In this document: positions 38,701-51,600 of the stretch, piece by piece
Numbering within the stretch: position 1 is the stretch's first letter
Layout of the letters: each line of letters opens with the position of its first letter
Assembly: GCA_043228905.1 (NCBI GenBank)
Contig: JBHGNT010000010.1
Location: forward strand, 18,228,001 to 18,292,000
Source of the DNA: Azolla caroliniana
Taxonomy: Eukaryota; Plantae; Polypodiophyta
Length of the DNA: 64,000 nucleotides
Direction of reading: 5' to 3'
The notes under the pieces: generated by a model
What the model was told of the DNA's origin: nothing
The model's input: the letters and a program-made list of their open reading frames with translations, nothing else
Database searches by the model: none
Translations under genes and position numbers: made by a program

Positions 38701-41700
38701 TATCAAAGCTGTCAGGACCAACACTTGCAAAAAAGGAAAAGGCTGCCTCTAACTGGGGACTGTTTTTTATCTGTGCATAATATTATAATGGAAAACATCT
38801 TAGAGCTTCTGGTCATCGGCATCACGAAGGCAAAGAATGTTTTAATTGGTTTAAAGCCCATAAAAATAACTTACAACAAACTATATAAGATACATCCACC
38901 AAACATCTTATATTGGTTCTCACTTGAACTGAAATGTATTAAAAGTGCCACAAATTTCATGTTATTTGACAGCATTTACATCCCATAGGTAAATTTATTT
39001 TGAGAATCCCAGCAGTTGTTCATTAGAAGTCTCCTATCTTCCTAAAATTAAAGAAAGTACATTAGGTAGACAATCTCAAACCTGATTATTCGTGATATAC
39101 TTTAAGAACCAACCACGGTGCTTCAATGCATTTGCTGGATACTTTGTGGCTACCTGTTTAATGAAGTGTTTTTATGTCCTTGTCCACTCAAAGAAGATGT
39201 TTAAACGCTTGAGTAAAGTTGGTACCATATACAAAAGATTTCCAGTTGATTTATCACAGCCTTCCTGTACTCCTGCCTGTGTTCATGCATATAATCAGTT
39301 ACGAAGTAGATCTCAAAGATCATATCATGTTTTAATATGAATCTACGATTTCACCATTAAAAAGATGACAAAATGTTAGCCATTGGAAGCTTAACCGCAC
39401 CTTGCTCTAAAAACTTACAAGCATACACAGACTTGTGACAATATCAAAAAGTGAAAAACTCCAAGCCAATGACACATATCTACTATGAAAAATTCCAAAA
39501 TGGTCACTTGTAATTGTTAATGGCATATCAAAATTGTGGCATGAAACACACATACATGTCTTCATCAATATAATAACGAAGACCAGGTTGTTTCATATGA
39601 AATTAAACTGCTCCATACAGTGAAAAAATTACCTTTTTTAAAAGAAAATTCAAATATTTCTTCCACGTTGGTTCTCTCTCCTCGTCTCAGGATGGATTTA
39701 TCACCATATCCTCTTCTATGGATATACCACTCTCTCATGTGTTCCATACTGTGTGATAAGGCAGCTCAAGACCTCTTCACATCAGTTACACATACTGCAT
39801 TCAGATATGCATACAAAACTATGGAAGAATGGATCTGCAAATTGTACCATCAGGATCTCAAATCTGAGGAATATTATGTTTACCTCTGTACTGCTTTTTA
39901 TGAAATAGGGAGTAGATAGCAATTCCTCGTTGAACAAGGCTTTGGTCCACTCTGTAACGTAATGGGACACATAGAGATACGTTTTTGTGGCACAACAGAA
40001 CAGCCACAAAACCTCATCGACTGACGTAAAGAAAGATATACTGATGTCTTGAAAATACCATGGTCCATGAGACCTAGCAGGTATTAAAATTGCTTGATTT
40101 AACTTAATGTGACTAACAAAATAAAAATGCCTTTCAAAGCTACCTTCCCAAAACTAAACAATTAGCAATCAGGTTTGATGCCTGATGAAAATTGCCACCC
40201 TCTGAGCATATCCATCTTCGGGTGATCCAACATAGAAAGGCCAGTGGAACAAGAAGAGTCTGGTGTTTTTATATGTCATGTGATGATGGCTTTGAACTTG
40301 TGAAAATATGCACATCAGAGACATAGTCCGGTTGACATTCACGACACAGAGAAACGGTTTTAGTTGCCATGACCCTAAGTCATAAATCCTTTGTGGTGAG
40401 ATATTTGCTTATACACCATGAGGAGTGTTCCTGGTAGTGACCATGCAGAAGAAATTTTCAATGTTCTCTGCGTAGGTGGATCAGTGAGTGCATGTATCTT
40501 CCATGAGAGGATCTCTATATTTTCATACAGACATCCAAATTCTTCTCTAAAGAGACAATATACTTAGCAACCTTCTTTAGCACAAACCTTTTTCATTTAC
40601 AAGTCAATCAAGGTTACACAAGTAAGGTCTCGACCACAATATTCTCAGGGGGGTACATTCAACCAGACAATAGCAAATTATCGTGCACATGCTATGTCAG
40701 AACCATATCACCTGAGACCAAAGATATTTTCCTTGTTTCAAATATGTAGTAGCTCAGGCACTTTTACTATCTAGCCATATTTTTATTTTTTGTCCTCTAA
40801 GATGAGACAATATTTTGAGATGTAATTTCTTTATTGGCCATTATCACCCAACACCGCAGGTGCTTCCCTTACTTCATGCAGCACATGTTGGCGATGGTTT
40901 GAAGGTAGAGGTTTCATTCCATCGTGGGTTCAGAATCTTAAGTGTTTATATAACTAGATTTCTTTATGCACTGCATTTAGCAATAATTCTTTTGGTTTAT
41001 TGTTCTTAAACGAGACAACATTTTAATATGTAACCTCTTGTTCAGTCCTATAGGTCACTTTGGCCTATTAAAAGATGTTAATATATATTTCTGTCTTTCT
41101 AAGGTGATATGGACTGTCAGAAAATAAAGAAAACTTCTGAATTTTCAGAAATGAACAAATCCCTGATTCCATAGCATCAAGATAGGAAAGACGCACCAAA
41201 CATTATTGTATTTGTGTTTTTCTCCCATATCCTGCTATCACCACCAATAAATTCCATCTCCAAATGTTTGTCATGATCCTCGTAAGGTTCATACTCCTTC
41301 CTCTCACTCCTGCATCTTCTGTTTCTCAAGATTTCCCTGCTCAGCAAGCATTTCCATCTGCCTATACGAGCCTACATATTCATCTCCTGTTCCTCCGGCT
41401 TTTACGACCGATTGCGACTCTATAGGCAGCCTCAGTCTGAGACAGATGTATTGACAAATCCAGGGTTGACTCTTGATGCGTTTATCTCTTGAGTATTGAG
41501 TGGTCAACACTGCTCGCCAGGGAGGAATATGCTGCGGCCTCATATATGGAACAGTTCATGAACCGCAGACAATTACTTGATTTGGCTTAAATCTAGCTCC
41601 TGACTGACTGACGCATGCTTGAGATGCAAACATCATATAACCTAGGACCTTGAGAAAGATACAGAGAAAGACAGGGGAAGTGGAAAAGAAGAGAGGAGGA

Positions 41701-42650
41701 TTTATCAAGTTTCTAAAAGGGTTCCACCTATCCAACAAGAAAAATGTAAAATTTTGAGATGCAAACATTATATTGTCTAAGAAAAAATTCACATTAAGAA
41801 GAAATGGAGAAGAATAAGGGAAAGAAAAACAAATGGAAGGTGAATTTCTATGTTTCGAGGAGTTTTCTGCCAATCATTCCATGCCATATACACATAACCT
41901 CATCATCATAATAATTAATCAATCCTTTCCATACAATCTGAAAAATGTAAAATTTTGAGATGCAAACATTATATTGTCTAAGAAAAAATTCACATTAAGA
42001 AGAAATGGAGAAGAATAATGGAAAGAAAAACAAATGGAAGGTGAATTTCTATGTTTCGAGGAGTTTTCTGCCAATCATTCCATGCCATATACACATAACC
42101 TCATCATCATAATAATTAATCAATCCTTTCCATACAATCTGAAAAATGTAAAATTTTGAGATGCAAACATTATATTGTCTAAGAAAAAATTCACATTAAG
42201 AAGAAATGGAGAAGAATAATGGAAAGAAAAACAAATGGAAGGTGAATTTCTATGTTTCGAGGAGTTTTCTGCCAATCATTCCATGCCATATACACATAAC
42301 CTCATCATCATAATAATCAATCAATCCTTTCCATAGAATCTGTCTCCTTTGATTCAAACATAGAATTCCAGCATAGCAGAGGAAGACAGGATTTTTATTC
42401 CTCTTTTGATTGAAACAAGTCTCATTTTTCCAAGATAAAGCCAAAAACAAAAACAAAAAAAATAATATCAAAGGCGCCAGAAGAAGAAGAAGAAGAAGAA
42501 GACCTCATGGATGACATCGCAAAGGTTAGAGGTAACTTTAGAATTGGCTACGGCATTGCTCGCAGTTCTCTGATCCAAACCGATCTTCAGAAACAGTTCA
42601 GAAGCGACCTTCTCCCTCGCGCCTCTATCAGAAGCTTCATCAGAGGGCAT
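26709..42650 (-). CDS. OVA9: Glutaminyl-tRNA synthetase (GlnRS; QARS/glnS orthologue), 799 aa, 23 exons: 42650-42504, 39276-39226, 39153-39082, 38770-38671, 38570-38475, 38388-38327, 38227-38126, 37944-37849, 37760-37608, 36948-36893, 31000-30910, 30537-30451, 29658-29461, 29363-29265, 29175-29044, 28956-28820, 28509-28410, 28338-28243, 28142-28042, 27930-27825, 27691-27602, 27524-27395, 26806-26709
   Basis: All junctions are GT-AG with consistent phase; 2400 nt in total. Motifs: [17 protein letters not shown] (HIGH), [35 protein letters not shown] (KMSKS-equivalent), GWDDPRL, GVIHWV, FQFERLGYF and [10 protein letters not shown]. Has the eukaryotic N-terminal extension LFLKIGLD. Confidence 0.96.
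26955..27200. repeat. Degenerate CATCATAGAA / CATATG minisatellite in the last GlnRS intron
   Basis: (aac)catcatagaa recurs about 6 times among catatg/catgtg runs. Confidence 0.6.
31613..31807 (-). repeat. 3' LTR (195 bp) of the intronic Copia
   Basis: TG...CA termini. Matches 35652-35868 apart from 6 transitions and a 22-bp indel. Confidence 0.92.
35543..35640. repeat. 24-bp tandem repeat x4 in the intronic Copia leader
   Basis: tctgcagaaaacc(t/c)taaact(c/t)tgc variants lie next to the PBS. Confidence 0.8.
35652..35868 (-). repeat. 5' LTR (217 bp) of the intronic Copia
   Basis: TG...CA termini, adjacent to the PBS. Carries a 22-bp extra segment in the GA-rich tract. Confidence 0.92.
41739..42341. 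repeat. Three near-identical 201-bp tandem units in GlnRS intron 1
   Basis: Units start at 41739, 41940 and 42141. Only about 3 substitutions were seen among them. Confidence 0.95.
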
Positions 42651-43851
42651 ATTTCCTCTGTGTGTGTGTGTGTGTGTTTCTTCTTCCTCCTCTTCTTCTC
42701 TCCGACCGTATTCTCTTCTTCCTGCTTCTTCGTACTTCTCCTCTGTGTCTGTCTCTGTGTCTGTGTCTTATGTCTCGCTATGTCTCTCTGTTTCTGTGAT
42801 GAACGATACGTACCATACGCGCATTCGCATTCGCGAATGTTACAAACCCATTCGAGTATGGTAAACACCGTCGAAATTTGGTAAATACTATACTTTTGTA
42901 TTCATTATTCATTGTAAGGTAAATTTCTTTTAAGGTAATTAAGTTAAGCTAAATAGTAAAAAGTGTAAAAACAAAAACACACAAGAATGTTTTGATAATT
43001 TATACGCATTCGTTTGCATTCGTAAAAATAAGAATGTTCGCCAATGCATTCGAGTATATTACTTACTATGCTTGGGTGTGCTTTGTGGGAACCCACCCAC
43101 ACAACAAATATAATAACAAAAGGAAAGGAGAAAAATGAAGAGAGAGAGAGAGAGAGAGAGAGAAAGAAAGAGAAATATATTAACGTCTTTCTAAGACTAA
43201 AATTGGCCCATCAGACAAATTGGTTTACAAATTAGAACAAAAAAGGGGTGTTTACCAGATCATCGAAAAATAAATAAATAAATAATAGAACTTATGCTAA
43301 AAGAGTTCTAGTATTGTACATATATCAAATCGTGGCTTTGTACTAGGCCTCGTTTCATTTCCATCCAAGTCTCTTGAAAAGAAGCGGGGGGTCAAACTTG
43401 GGTTTCGATGTGGGTGTGACGTGTGTACCCGAACCATAGCTTCTAGGCACTTTAACTCATGTTCCCTTATCTTCTAAATTGCTTTCTACACCACGTCGAG
43501 TTGCTTTGAAGCCCGACATCCGAGGGATTTTGGTTGTTCTTTGGTTTTTCGCTTCAACAAGGGAGAGGTTGAGTAGTGTAGGGTGTGTCCACATTCATCC
43601 TCTCCCCCCTATCCCATGAAACAATTCATTGGTTACATGTTGGTGAATATTAGAAAGGTTATTGTTAACATTTTGTAGCTTATTCTCTCGATGTTGTTTT
43701 AGCTCTAAGATGTATTTACCTAATTTCTTTGTATTTGGAGTATCTAATAGTTTAGAGAGGGTAGGAGAGGGGCTGAGTATGTCTTGGTATTTTGCCTTTA
43801 TCTTAGTGTAAGTTGGACACTTGCATTAAAAGTGTGTGAGAGAGAGAGAGA

Positions 43852-44026
43852 TGCCCATAGATGGAGACCATGAGGGCATGGGTTCAACCCCTTCATTCCA
43901 CAATGGCATCTAGTATAGTAAATTAAGTGGATATGAATGGAGTAATAAGGAAGTGAGAAATTTGGGTTTTGAACCCAAGACAGAGGTAATAGTGTTACAA
44001 CTCAACACTAAGGTAAAGTAATTACG
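43852..44026. mobile_element. SINE-like repeat with convergent Pol III B-boxes, copy 1
   Basis: B-box ggttcaacccc at 43881-43891 (+) and gggttttgaaccc at 43964-43976 (B-box on -). Homologous to 44435-44612 and 57096-57201. Confidence 0.6.
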
Positions 44027-44434
44027 ATAGAGAGAGCGATAGATAGATATATGATATTATCATCTTCAAAGGTCAAATATGACCTATGAAACCAAAAATA
44101 TTACATTTCACGTGATACGTGTGAAAGTGAGTAGCGACTCTCGATGTTCAAGAACTTTACCAATGAATGTTGCAATCGAAAGTGCACATTGTGGTTGTGA
44201 GAGAAATTCGTGCAAGGATTGGGCTCGATCAAAGAGATATGGAAAGCATGGTCGAATATGATCAAAGGCAGAGCATTGTATCAAAGTGTGATACTTAGAC
44301 TCTCAAACTTGTTTAGGGCAAAGTGCGCATATCCATCCACTCTACATCGCAATGCATGTGAGCTAAGTCGCATGGAAGCAATGGTTCGAATGACATATAA
44401 AGGGATGGGCTCTAACATGTATCGATGTGTACGG

Positions 44435-44612
44435 TTTCCCCATTCCGCGAAGACCAAGTGGTCATGGTTCAACCCCTACATTCCACAGTGGTATCTAATA
44501 AATTAAGAGATATGTATGAAGTATGTAATAGAGAGGTAAGAAAATTGGGTTTCGAACCCACGATGTAGTGCAAGTGGTGTAAACGATTTACCACTAGGGC
44601 AAGCTAATTACA
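44435..44612. mobile_element. SINE-like repeat with convergent Pol III B-boxes, copy 2
   Basis: B-box ggttcaacccc at 44466-44476 (+). On the minus strand, A-box-like TGCCCTAGTGG (44591-44601) and B-box GGTTCGAAACCC (44547-44558). Confidence 0.65.
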
Positions 44613-44665
44613 ATAAAAGAAAAAGAGAGGATAAGATATAAAAGAATACGTATGGAAGTGTAACA

Positions 44666-45050
44666 TGTACACAACTGGGTAACAACAGACAAAAGACAAT
44701 AGACAAGAAAGGTTTAATGGAAAGCTTAATCAGCATAATGTGCGCAGGAGAGGTAGAGAGAGTAGAACACAGAAAACTCTATTCCAAAACAATACTCTAA
44801 AACTCTGTACGTAGGATGTGCTCAAAGAGCACTTTTATACAAGTCCATACGGATTGACAGAAGTATTGACCCGTACTTCAATGCTCATCAATGAGCCCCT
44901 ACACTAACTCCCAATATATATTCCTCCGCGGAATATCTATCCAGCAGCCTCCCGATTTACGCACCGCTACGACCTCTCGTTGCGCACCTAGTTTACGTAC
45001 CCAATCTACACACTGGTTTGCGCACCCAATGTTGAGCTTGTAGCTCAACA
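44666..45050 (-). mobile_element. Solo LTR (385 bp)
   Basis: Minus strand reads TGTTGAGC...GTGTACA with TATAAAA. Imperfect TSD taaca/taaga. Shares a core block with 62009-62441. Confidence 0.75.
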
Positions 45051-45192
45051 TAAGAGAATGTGTATGTATTTGCCCAGATGGATGTAGCTTAATCGGTAAG
45101 GTTGCCCAATGGAGAATAAGAGAATGTGTGTGTCTTTGCCCAGATGGATGTAGCGCAGTTGGTAAGGTTGCCCAATGGAGACCAAGTGGTTA
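45051..45192 (+). repeat. 66-bp tandem duplication containing a tRNA-like A-box head
   Basis: taagagaatg...ggatgtagc(ttaatc/gcagtt)ggtaaggttgcccaatggaga x2. It continues into gagaccaagtggt, as in the SINE-like copies. Confidence 0.65.
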
Positions 45193-47941
45193 TAGCTCTA
45201 AAGGCCATTACAACCATGAGCTTTTGACTTTTCCGTGAACTTTTTATGGCCTCCAAAAGCTCACTATTGCAGACAGCGACACATGCAAATCGATTACTTC
45301 ATCAACACCAACATTGGATGAAACCGAGTGTCAAATTTGTGTCCCTTGGCCATTTGATTGCATATGTACCAACCACATTATTGTCCTCAAAGATGTAACA
45401 AGACAAAGTGGAAAACATCGTTTGTTGGCCAATTTAAGTCCAATTTATTCCAAAGGGCATAGGTAGTTTTAATGAATCTAATGTATTTTTTTGTTTGTCT
45501 TGTATGTATGGAACATTGCCACCTTTTGAAGAAGGCTTCATGAGAATATTCTATCTTTTAATGACCATTGTCTTTTTCTTGTCTCTTATCCAAATTTTAT
45601 TATTGCTTGTGTGCTCAAGTAAAGACTCTGATATTCTATTTTCTAGTTCCATTAATGTTTACAAGTAGATTCTGGACGTTGAACACTTTCCATACTCTTG
45701 TGTTATTGATTGAAATCTATATAACATTATGTCAACATCCATTTGCATCTTTGCATGAACATGAGGCACTATATACTATAGACAAAACATGATTCATGTA
45801 GTTGTTGATATATTATATGTTCGTGGTAGGGTGAAAAGTAAACCCATGAACAAGTGGGTGCAACGAATCACATGCATTAAGATAATGATCATGGAGCTTT
45901 AGGAAACCTACAATTGTTGTTTTGTATGGATGGCATGAATTCAATTTCCCCAGTTTGATGACTAGGTGTATAACCTACCCATTAAAACAAGGAATATAAT
46001 ATGTTGTGCATGCAAACTTGTAGACCATCAACAAGCTCAACAATAGGTGGTGGGAGGAGCAACGTGATCCAGAATAGAGCATTCTAAGAATAAGGTTCCA
46101 AAAGTGATTGTTAACGTACAAGATCACTAACCCTAAAACATACAACAAACATCACTAACAATGGATGAGTAACAATAGCAAATAAAAATGGGCTAAGTGG
46201 CATCCTTCACGAACAAATCTTGTGAGGGCAATATCAAATGTAACTCCTCCATTAAGCATTACTTGAGACACCGTATCTTGTCCTAATAAAAATATGCGGC
46301 AAAACATACGTGGTCCAAAGCCCATTTTATGCATTAACCGAGAAACAAAGGACTAATTAACATGATCATAAGCTTTCTCCAAATCCAATTGCACCATAAT
46401 CAATTCTTGATGAGTGTTTCGTGCATAATCCATGGCCATTTGAACATTCAACACATTATGTAATATATTCCTACCTGCAATAAAACCATATTGGGCAGGA
46501 CGTATCAACTTTGGCAAATACTTTTGTAATCTATTTGCCAAGAACTTTGTAAATATCAATGTTGAAACATCAAAGTTAAGGGCCCCTTTAAAATGTTCGA
46601 ATATCACTTAAAAACTTAATTTGTCAAGTCATCCCAACCAGGGCTCTTACCACGAGGAATATGACTTAACACCGTGTCCACCTCATCCTCAGTGAAATCC
46701 GCATCCAATTCATGACTAATGAGGTCATGCACAATACATCCAACCACATCATAAAACTTATGGCGCGCTCTACTCACTTCATTTGTCATTAACAATTATG
46801 GGCCACCCAACTCCTTAAAGTAATGAACACATATGTCAATTATTGTAGTAGGATCCACTACAAATTCATCCCCTTACTTCACATGTACCACATTAGATCG
46901 AGCATAAGTATGATATAACGCTTGGAAAAACAAATGAAATTGACATTGATTATCTATCAGCCCATCCATGAGTTGCTGCATCTTAGCATAATGATAACTT
47001 TGGCTTTGCAATGGAGAAATAATAACATGTAATTGACTTTGGATATCCAAAAACTCCTCATCTAATGGTGTATGTAGCAATAATGCATTACACTTGGAGA
47101 GAACTTGTGAAAATCATCAAAGAATACCTCGTCTTCGTTGGACATTAGTTACCCCATACATATGATGAATAATCTTAATGTTTCGTAAAGTGGTATCCCA
47201 TGCTTTAACTCCTTTAAGATTCACTTGTTGTGAAAAATTCACCAATTTGAAAAATTTCTCCATGAAAGAATCAAAGTGAGGTTGAAGCAAAAAAAGAGAG
47301 TTAAAGTGTAATGGAGGCTTTCGAAGTAAGGATTTATACATGTCAATTGCATGACTACAAACCTCCAAACAAATAGGAAAATGATTTGAAGTTCTTACAT
47401 CTTGTAGAACTGTCATACGAAGTGATGTCAGTACAAAAAGAATCATCGTGCATCACATACATTCTATCTAACCGACTCCATGTCTGTCTATGTTGAGCGG
47501 ATTGGAAGGTAAAACCTGGATCATTCCCATGCAATCACATCCAAGCATCCAACTTCAAAACCTCCATAGCAAATGAAACCCAAGCAACTTGCTCAGGATA
47601 ATCCATGGTTGAATGTTCACACGTAGATTGAGATGCATCAACACACATGTTAAAATCACCCATAAGTAATCTTGGACGGCCCACACATAGGGTCTAAAGA
47701 AGTGAGCCCCATAATGCAACACGTTGAGTGGCTTGATTAGGGGCATAAATCCTAACCCACCACACAACTTGGCCAAGAAAGTGATTTCTATAACCAAAAA
47801 TTGACCATAAGGATCATTATGCACCACTTGAGGATAATATTTATCCCGCACAATTAATACCACACCTGAAATTATTACTAAGATGTCCTGCATAGAATAA
47901 TGAATATCCACGCAAATGAACCGTAGATCATAGTAACTCAT

Positions 47942-48623
47942 TGTTGGGATTACGGTCCCTCCGGATGGGATGTCCGGAGATGAATGACGGCAAGCCCGGA
48001 GACCGTTACGGAGCCGGATGATGAAGAGTACCCGGCTACGGAGCCGGATGATGAAGAGTACCCGGCTACGGAGCCGGATGATGAAGACCCCGGCTACGGA
48101 GCCGGATGATGAAGACCCCGGCTACGGAGCCGGATGATGTATGTACCCGGAGCGAGATCCGGATGCGGGGACATATTTGTGAATATGTTTGCCAAGGGCC
48201 CTTGAGGCTATATTTGTAAATAGCCCGAAAGTCATATACGTATAAATATGACTTAGGGCAAACAGTTTTACTGTTGTTGCTCATTTTCTGTTTTCACTTT
48301 TAGAGGGAGCGAAGTGAGAGCAGCCGCGAGAGAAAGAGAGAAAGAGAGAGAGAAACAAAGAGGTCGACGCCTCTGTGTAATACCGCCGCCTGTGGCGAGG
48401 ACAGCGAGCTCAAGGTCGTCGCCTTGCAGCTCGCCATTGTATATTCCAGTGTATAGTGGTAGTTGGAGTCGTGCACTCCCGTGGTTTTTCCCGTTTAGGG
48501 TTTTCCACGTTAATCCCTGTGTATCGCGTCTTTCTCTGTATTTCCTATTTTCTGCTACATTGATGCGCGATTACTCGGTTGTGGCCGAGCGGTGAAGGTG
48601 AATCCGAGCGGTGATTACCAACA
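47942..48623 (+). repeat. 5' LTR (682 bp) with five 28-30-bp U3 repeats
   Basis: Repeat ctacggagccggatgatgaaga(gta/c)cccgg at 48006-48150; TATAAA at 48241. Confidence 0.95.
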
Positions 48624-48652
48624 AAGTGGTATCAGAGCGATTGTTGCAGAAA

Positions 48653-51600
48653 ATGGAAGGCGGCGGCAGCGGGCAGCCGATGATGATGGTGCTGAATGCA
48701 CAGAATTACGCCGACTGGAAGATCAAGATGGAGGATCTTCTGATTGTTCGGGACCTGTACGAACCGATTGACAGGTCGGAAATACCGAAGGGGGTACTTG
48801 AGTCGGAGTGGAAGCTCCTGAACCGGAAAGCCGTAGCGACGATCCGACAATATGTCGACGTAAGCGTCCTACAACATGTGGCAAACGACACCAACGCATA
48901 TGAGATGTGGAAGAAGCTGTCGGGCCTCTACGAGAGGAAGAATGCGTTGAACCGGACCTCCCTGATGAGGAAGATAGTGAATCTCAAGTACCGGGACGGC
49001 GAGAGTATGGTGGAACACGTAAGCACGTTCATGGGATTCGTGAATCAGCTTGCGGCGATCAAGTTCCCGTTGGAGGATGCAATGCAAGCCATCATCCTGA
49101 TGTGTACATTGCCGGATAGCTGGGAGAACTTGGTGGTGACTCTCAGCACCTCCTGCACCGAAGATAACTTGTCTCTACAAACGGTAAAGACAAGTATTTT
49201 GAACGAAGAAGCGCGTCGGAGAGATAAAGAACCGGCCTCCGACCCGAAGGCGCTGCTTACCGAATCGGATCGGGGAAGACAATGGAACCGGAGTCCGCAA
49301 AGACGGGAGAAGTCGGGGACCCGGTCGCAGTCAAGAGGAAGACCCACATGCTTCCACTGCGGGAAGCCGGGGCACTTCCGAAAGAATTGTCGGCATTACC
49401 GAAAGGACAACGGAGCCGACGACACCGATTCGAAGAAGTCACCGGAGAGAAACGGTGCATACCGGGGAGCCACGGACCGAAGGGGTCCGGATAGGCGAGG
49501 GCAGGACCGGAAAGGAACGACGGCACTCGCGGCAAGTGAAGAAGAGATAATGCTTATTACCGAAGAGAGGGAGCTGAACCTTGCCGGTGAAGAGATGACC
49601 TGGGTGGTCGATTCCGGAGCGTCGTTCCACCTGACCCCGGAGAGAAGATACTTCTCATCCTACACAGCCGGTGAGCATGGCTGTGTTCGGATGGGAAACG
49701 AAGGTACGTGCCGAATTGCCGGCATAGGAGATGTGTGGTTGACAACCCCGACCGGATGCAAAATGCTGCTGAAGAATGTCCGACACGTTCCGGAGGTCCG
49801 ACTGAACCTGATTTCGGCCGGGAGGCTAGATGATGAAGGCTACACGGGTAGCATCCGGAACGGTGTCATGAAGTTCAGCAAAGGGAGCCTGATAGTGGCT
49901 CGGGCCCGGAAGGTCAACACACTGTACCTAATGAATTCCCGGCTATGTCCGGAGGAGCTGAACGTGGCAGCCGATACTGCCGGTGAGCTGTGGCACAAGA
50001 GACTGTGCCACATGAGTGAGAAGGGGATGAAGAGGCTTGTAGAAGACAACCTCATTCCAGTGAAGCATGTGCACCTGGAGAAGTGCACCGATTGCCTGGC
50101 CGGTAAGCAGAACCGAACCTCCTTCCACTCAAGGCCACCGACGAGACGTAGCGCACCATTGGAGTTGGTGCACACTGATGTGTGTCAGGTAGAAACGAAG
50201 TCACATGGCGGAGCCCAGTACTTCGTGACATTCATAGATGACCATAGCCGGAAGCTGTGGACGGCGCCGTTGAAGACAAAGGACCAAGTGTTGTGCGTCT
50301 TCAAAGAACTCCACGCGAGAGTGGAAAGGGAATCCGGCAAGAAGCTGAAAGCGATACGAGCGGATAACGGAGGGGAATACCGGGGGCAGTTCCAGGAGTA
50401 CTGTCGCTCGAAGGGAATCCGGCTCGAGTTTACTGTGCCGAAGACGCCGGAACTGAACGGGCTGGCCGAGAGGATGAACCGGACCATAATGGAGAGGGTC
50501 CGGAGTATGCTGGCGCATGCGAAATTACCCAAGGGGTTTTGGGCTGAGGCGATGTCGACGGCGACATACGTGATAAACAGATCACCCTCAGTACCTTTGG
50601 ACGGAGACACGCCGCAGAGAGTGTGGACCGGTAGGGAAGTGTCCTACCGGCATCTGAAGGTGTTCGGGTGTCTCGCATACGTGCATGTGGCGAAGGACCG
50701 GAGAGGAAAGTTACATCCAAAGACCCGGCCATGCATATTCCTCGGTTACGGCGACGACGAGTTCGGCTACCGAGTATGGGACCCGGTCGACAAGAAGATA
50801 TTCAGGAGTCGAGATATCATCTTCATGGAGAACAAGACACTCGCCGACTGGGAGTCGGAGAAGAAGATGAAGAGCTCCAAGTCGACCGGTGAGGATCAAC
50901 TCTACGAGGAGCAGTCCCAACCGGCAAGGGACCGGTTAGCACTCGAGGACCCGGCCGAAGACGGTGAAGAAACAGAACCGGCCGAAGAAGATGAAAATGA
51001 TACCGGAACCGGCCCCGATCCCGAAATGGATTCGGATGAAGAAGAATCGGAAGAACCGGTTACCGAAGCTCCGGAACGGAGATATCCTCTAAGAGAGAGA
51101 AGGGCCCCCCGGAGATTTCCGGAACCAGAGCATGTGCTGCTAACCGACGAGGGGGAGCCGGAGAGCTTTGAAGAAGCAAAGCATGACACCCAGAGCCGCA
51201 GGTGGTTGAGTGCCATGCAGGACGAGATGGATTCCCTGCATGAGAACCACACATATGAACTTGTGGAGTTGCCGAAAGGAAAACGGGCACTCCGTAACAA
51301 GTGGGTGTTCAAGCTGAAACCGGGAGATGCCGGAAACCCCCCGAGATACAAAGCCAGGATCGTAGTGAAGGGGTTTCAGCAGAAGAAGGGCGTCGACTTC
51401 GACGAGATATTTGCCCCGGTAGTGAAGATGACCTCCATCCGGACGGTGCTGAGCATAGCGGCAAGCATGGACCTCGAGGTAGAACAGATGGACGTGAAGA
51501 CGGCATTCCTTCACGGTGACCTCGAAGAAGAGATCTACATGCAGCAACCGGAAGGATTCGAGAAGAAAGGGAAGGAGCACCTGGTATGCCGGTTGAAGAA

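Noticed and set aside
41230-41600. GC-richer, coding-looking stretch in GlnRS intron 1
   Set aside because: Not needed for the complete GlnRS model, and no recognisable protein in any frame.
42810-43070. gcattcg/cgaatg-rich segment in the GlnRS promoter resembling a MITE end
   Set aside because: Only one candidate terminus (ttacttactatg), with no matching TIR or TSD.
48006-48150. CRISPR-like appearance of the 28-30-bp repeats
   Set aside because: Head-to-tail units with no unique spacers, inside a eukaryotic LTR.
48611-48652. ORF-track start of the 1371-aa polyprotein
   Set aside because: It begins at a GTG inside the LTR and runs through the PBS. The first ATG after the PBS (48653) is the plausible start.
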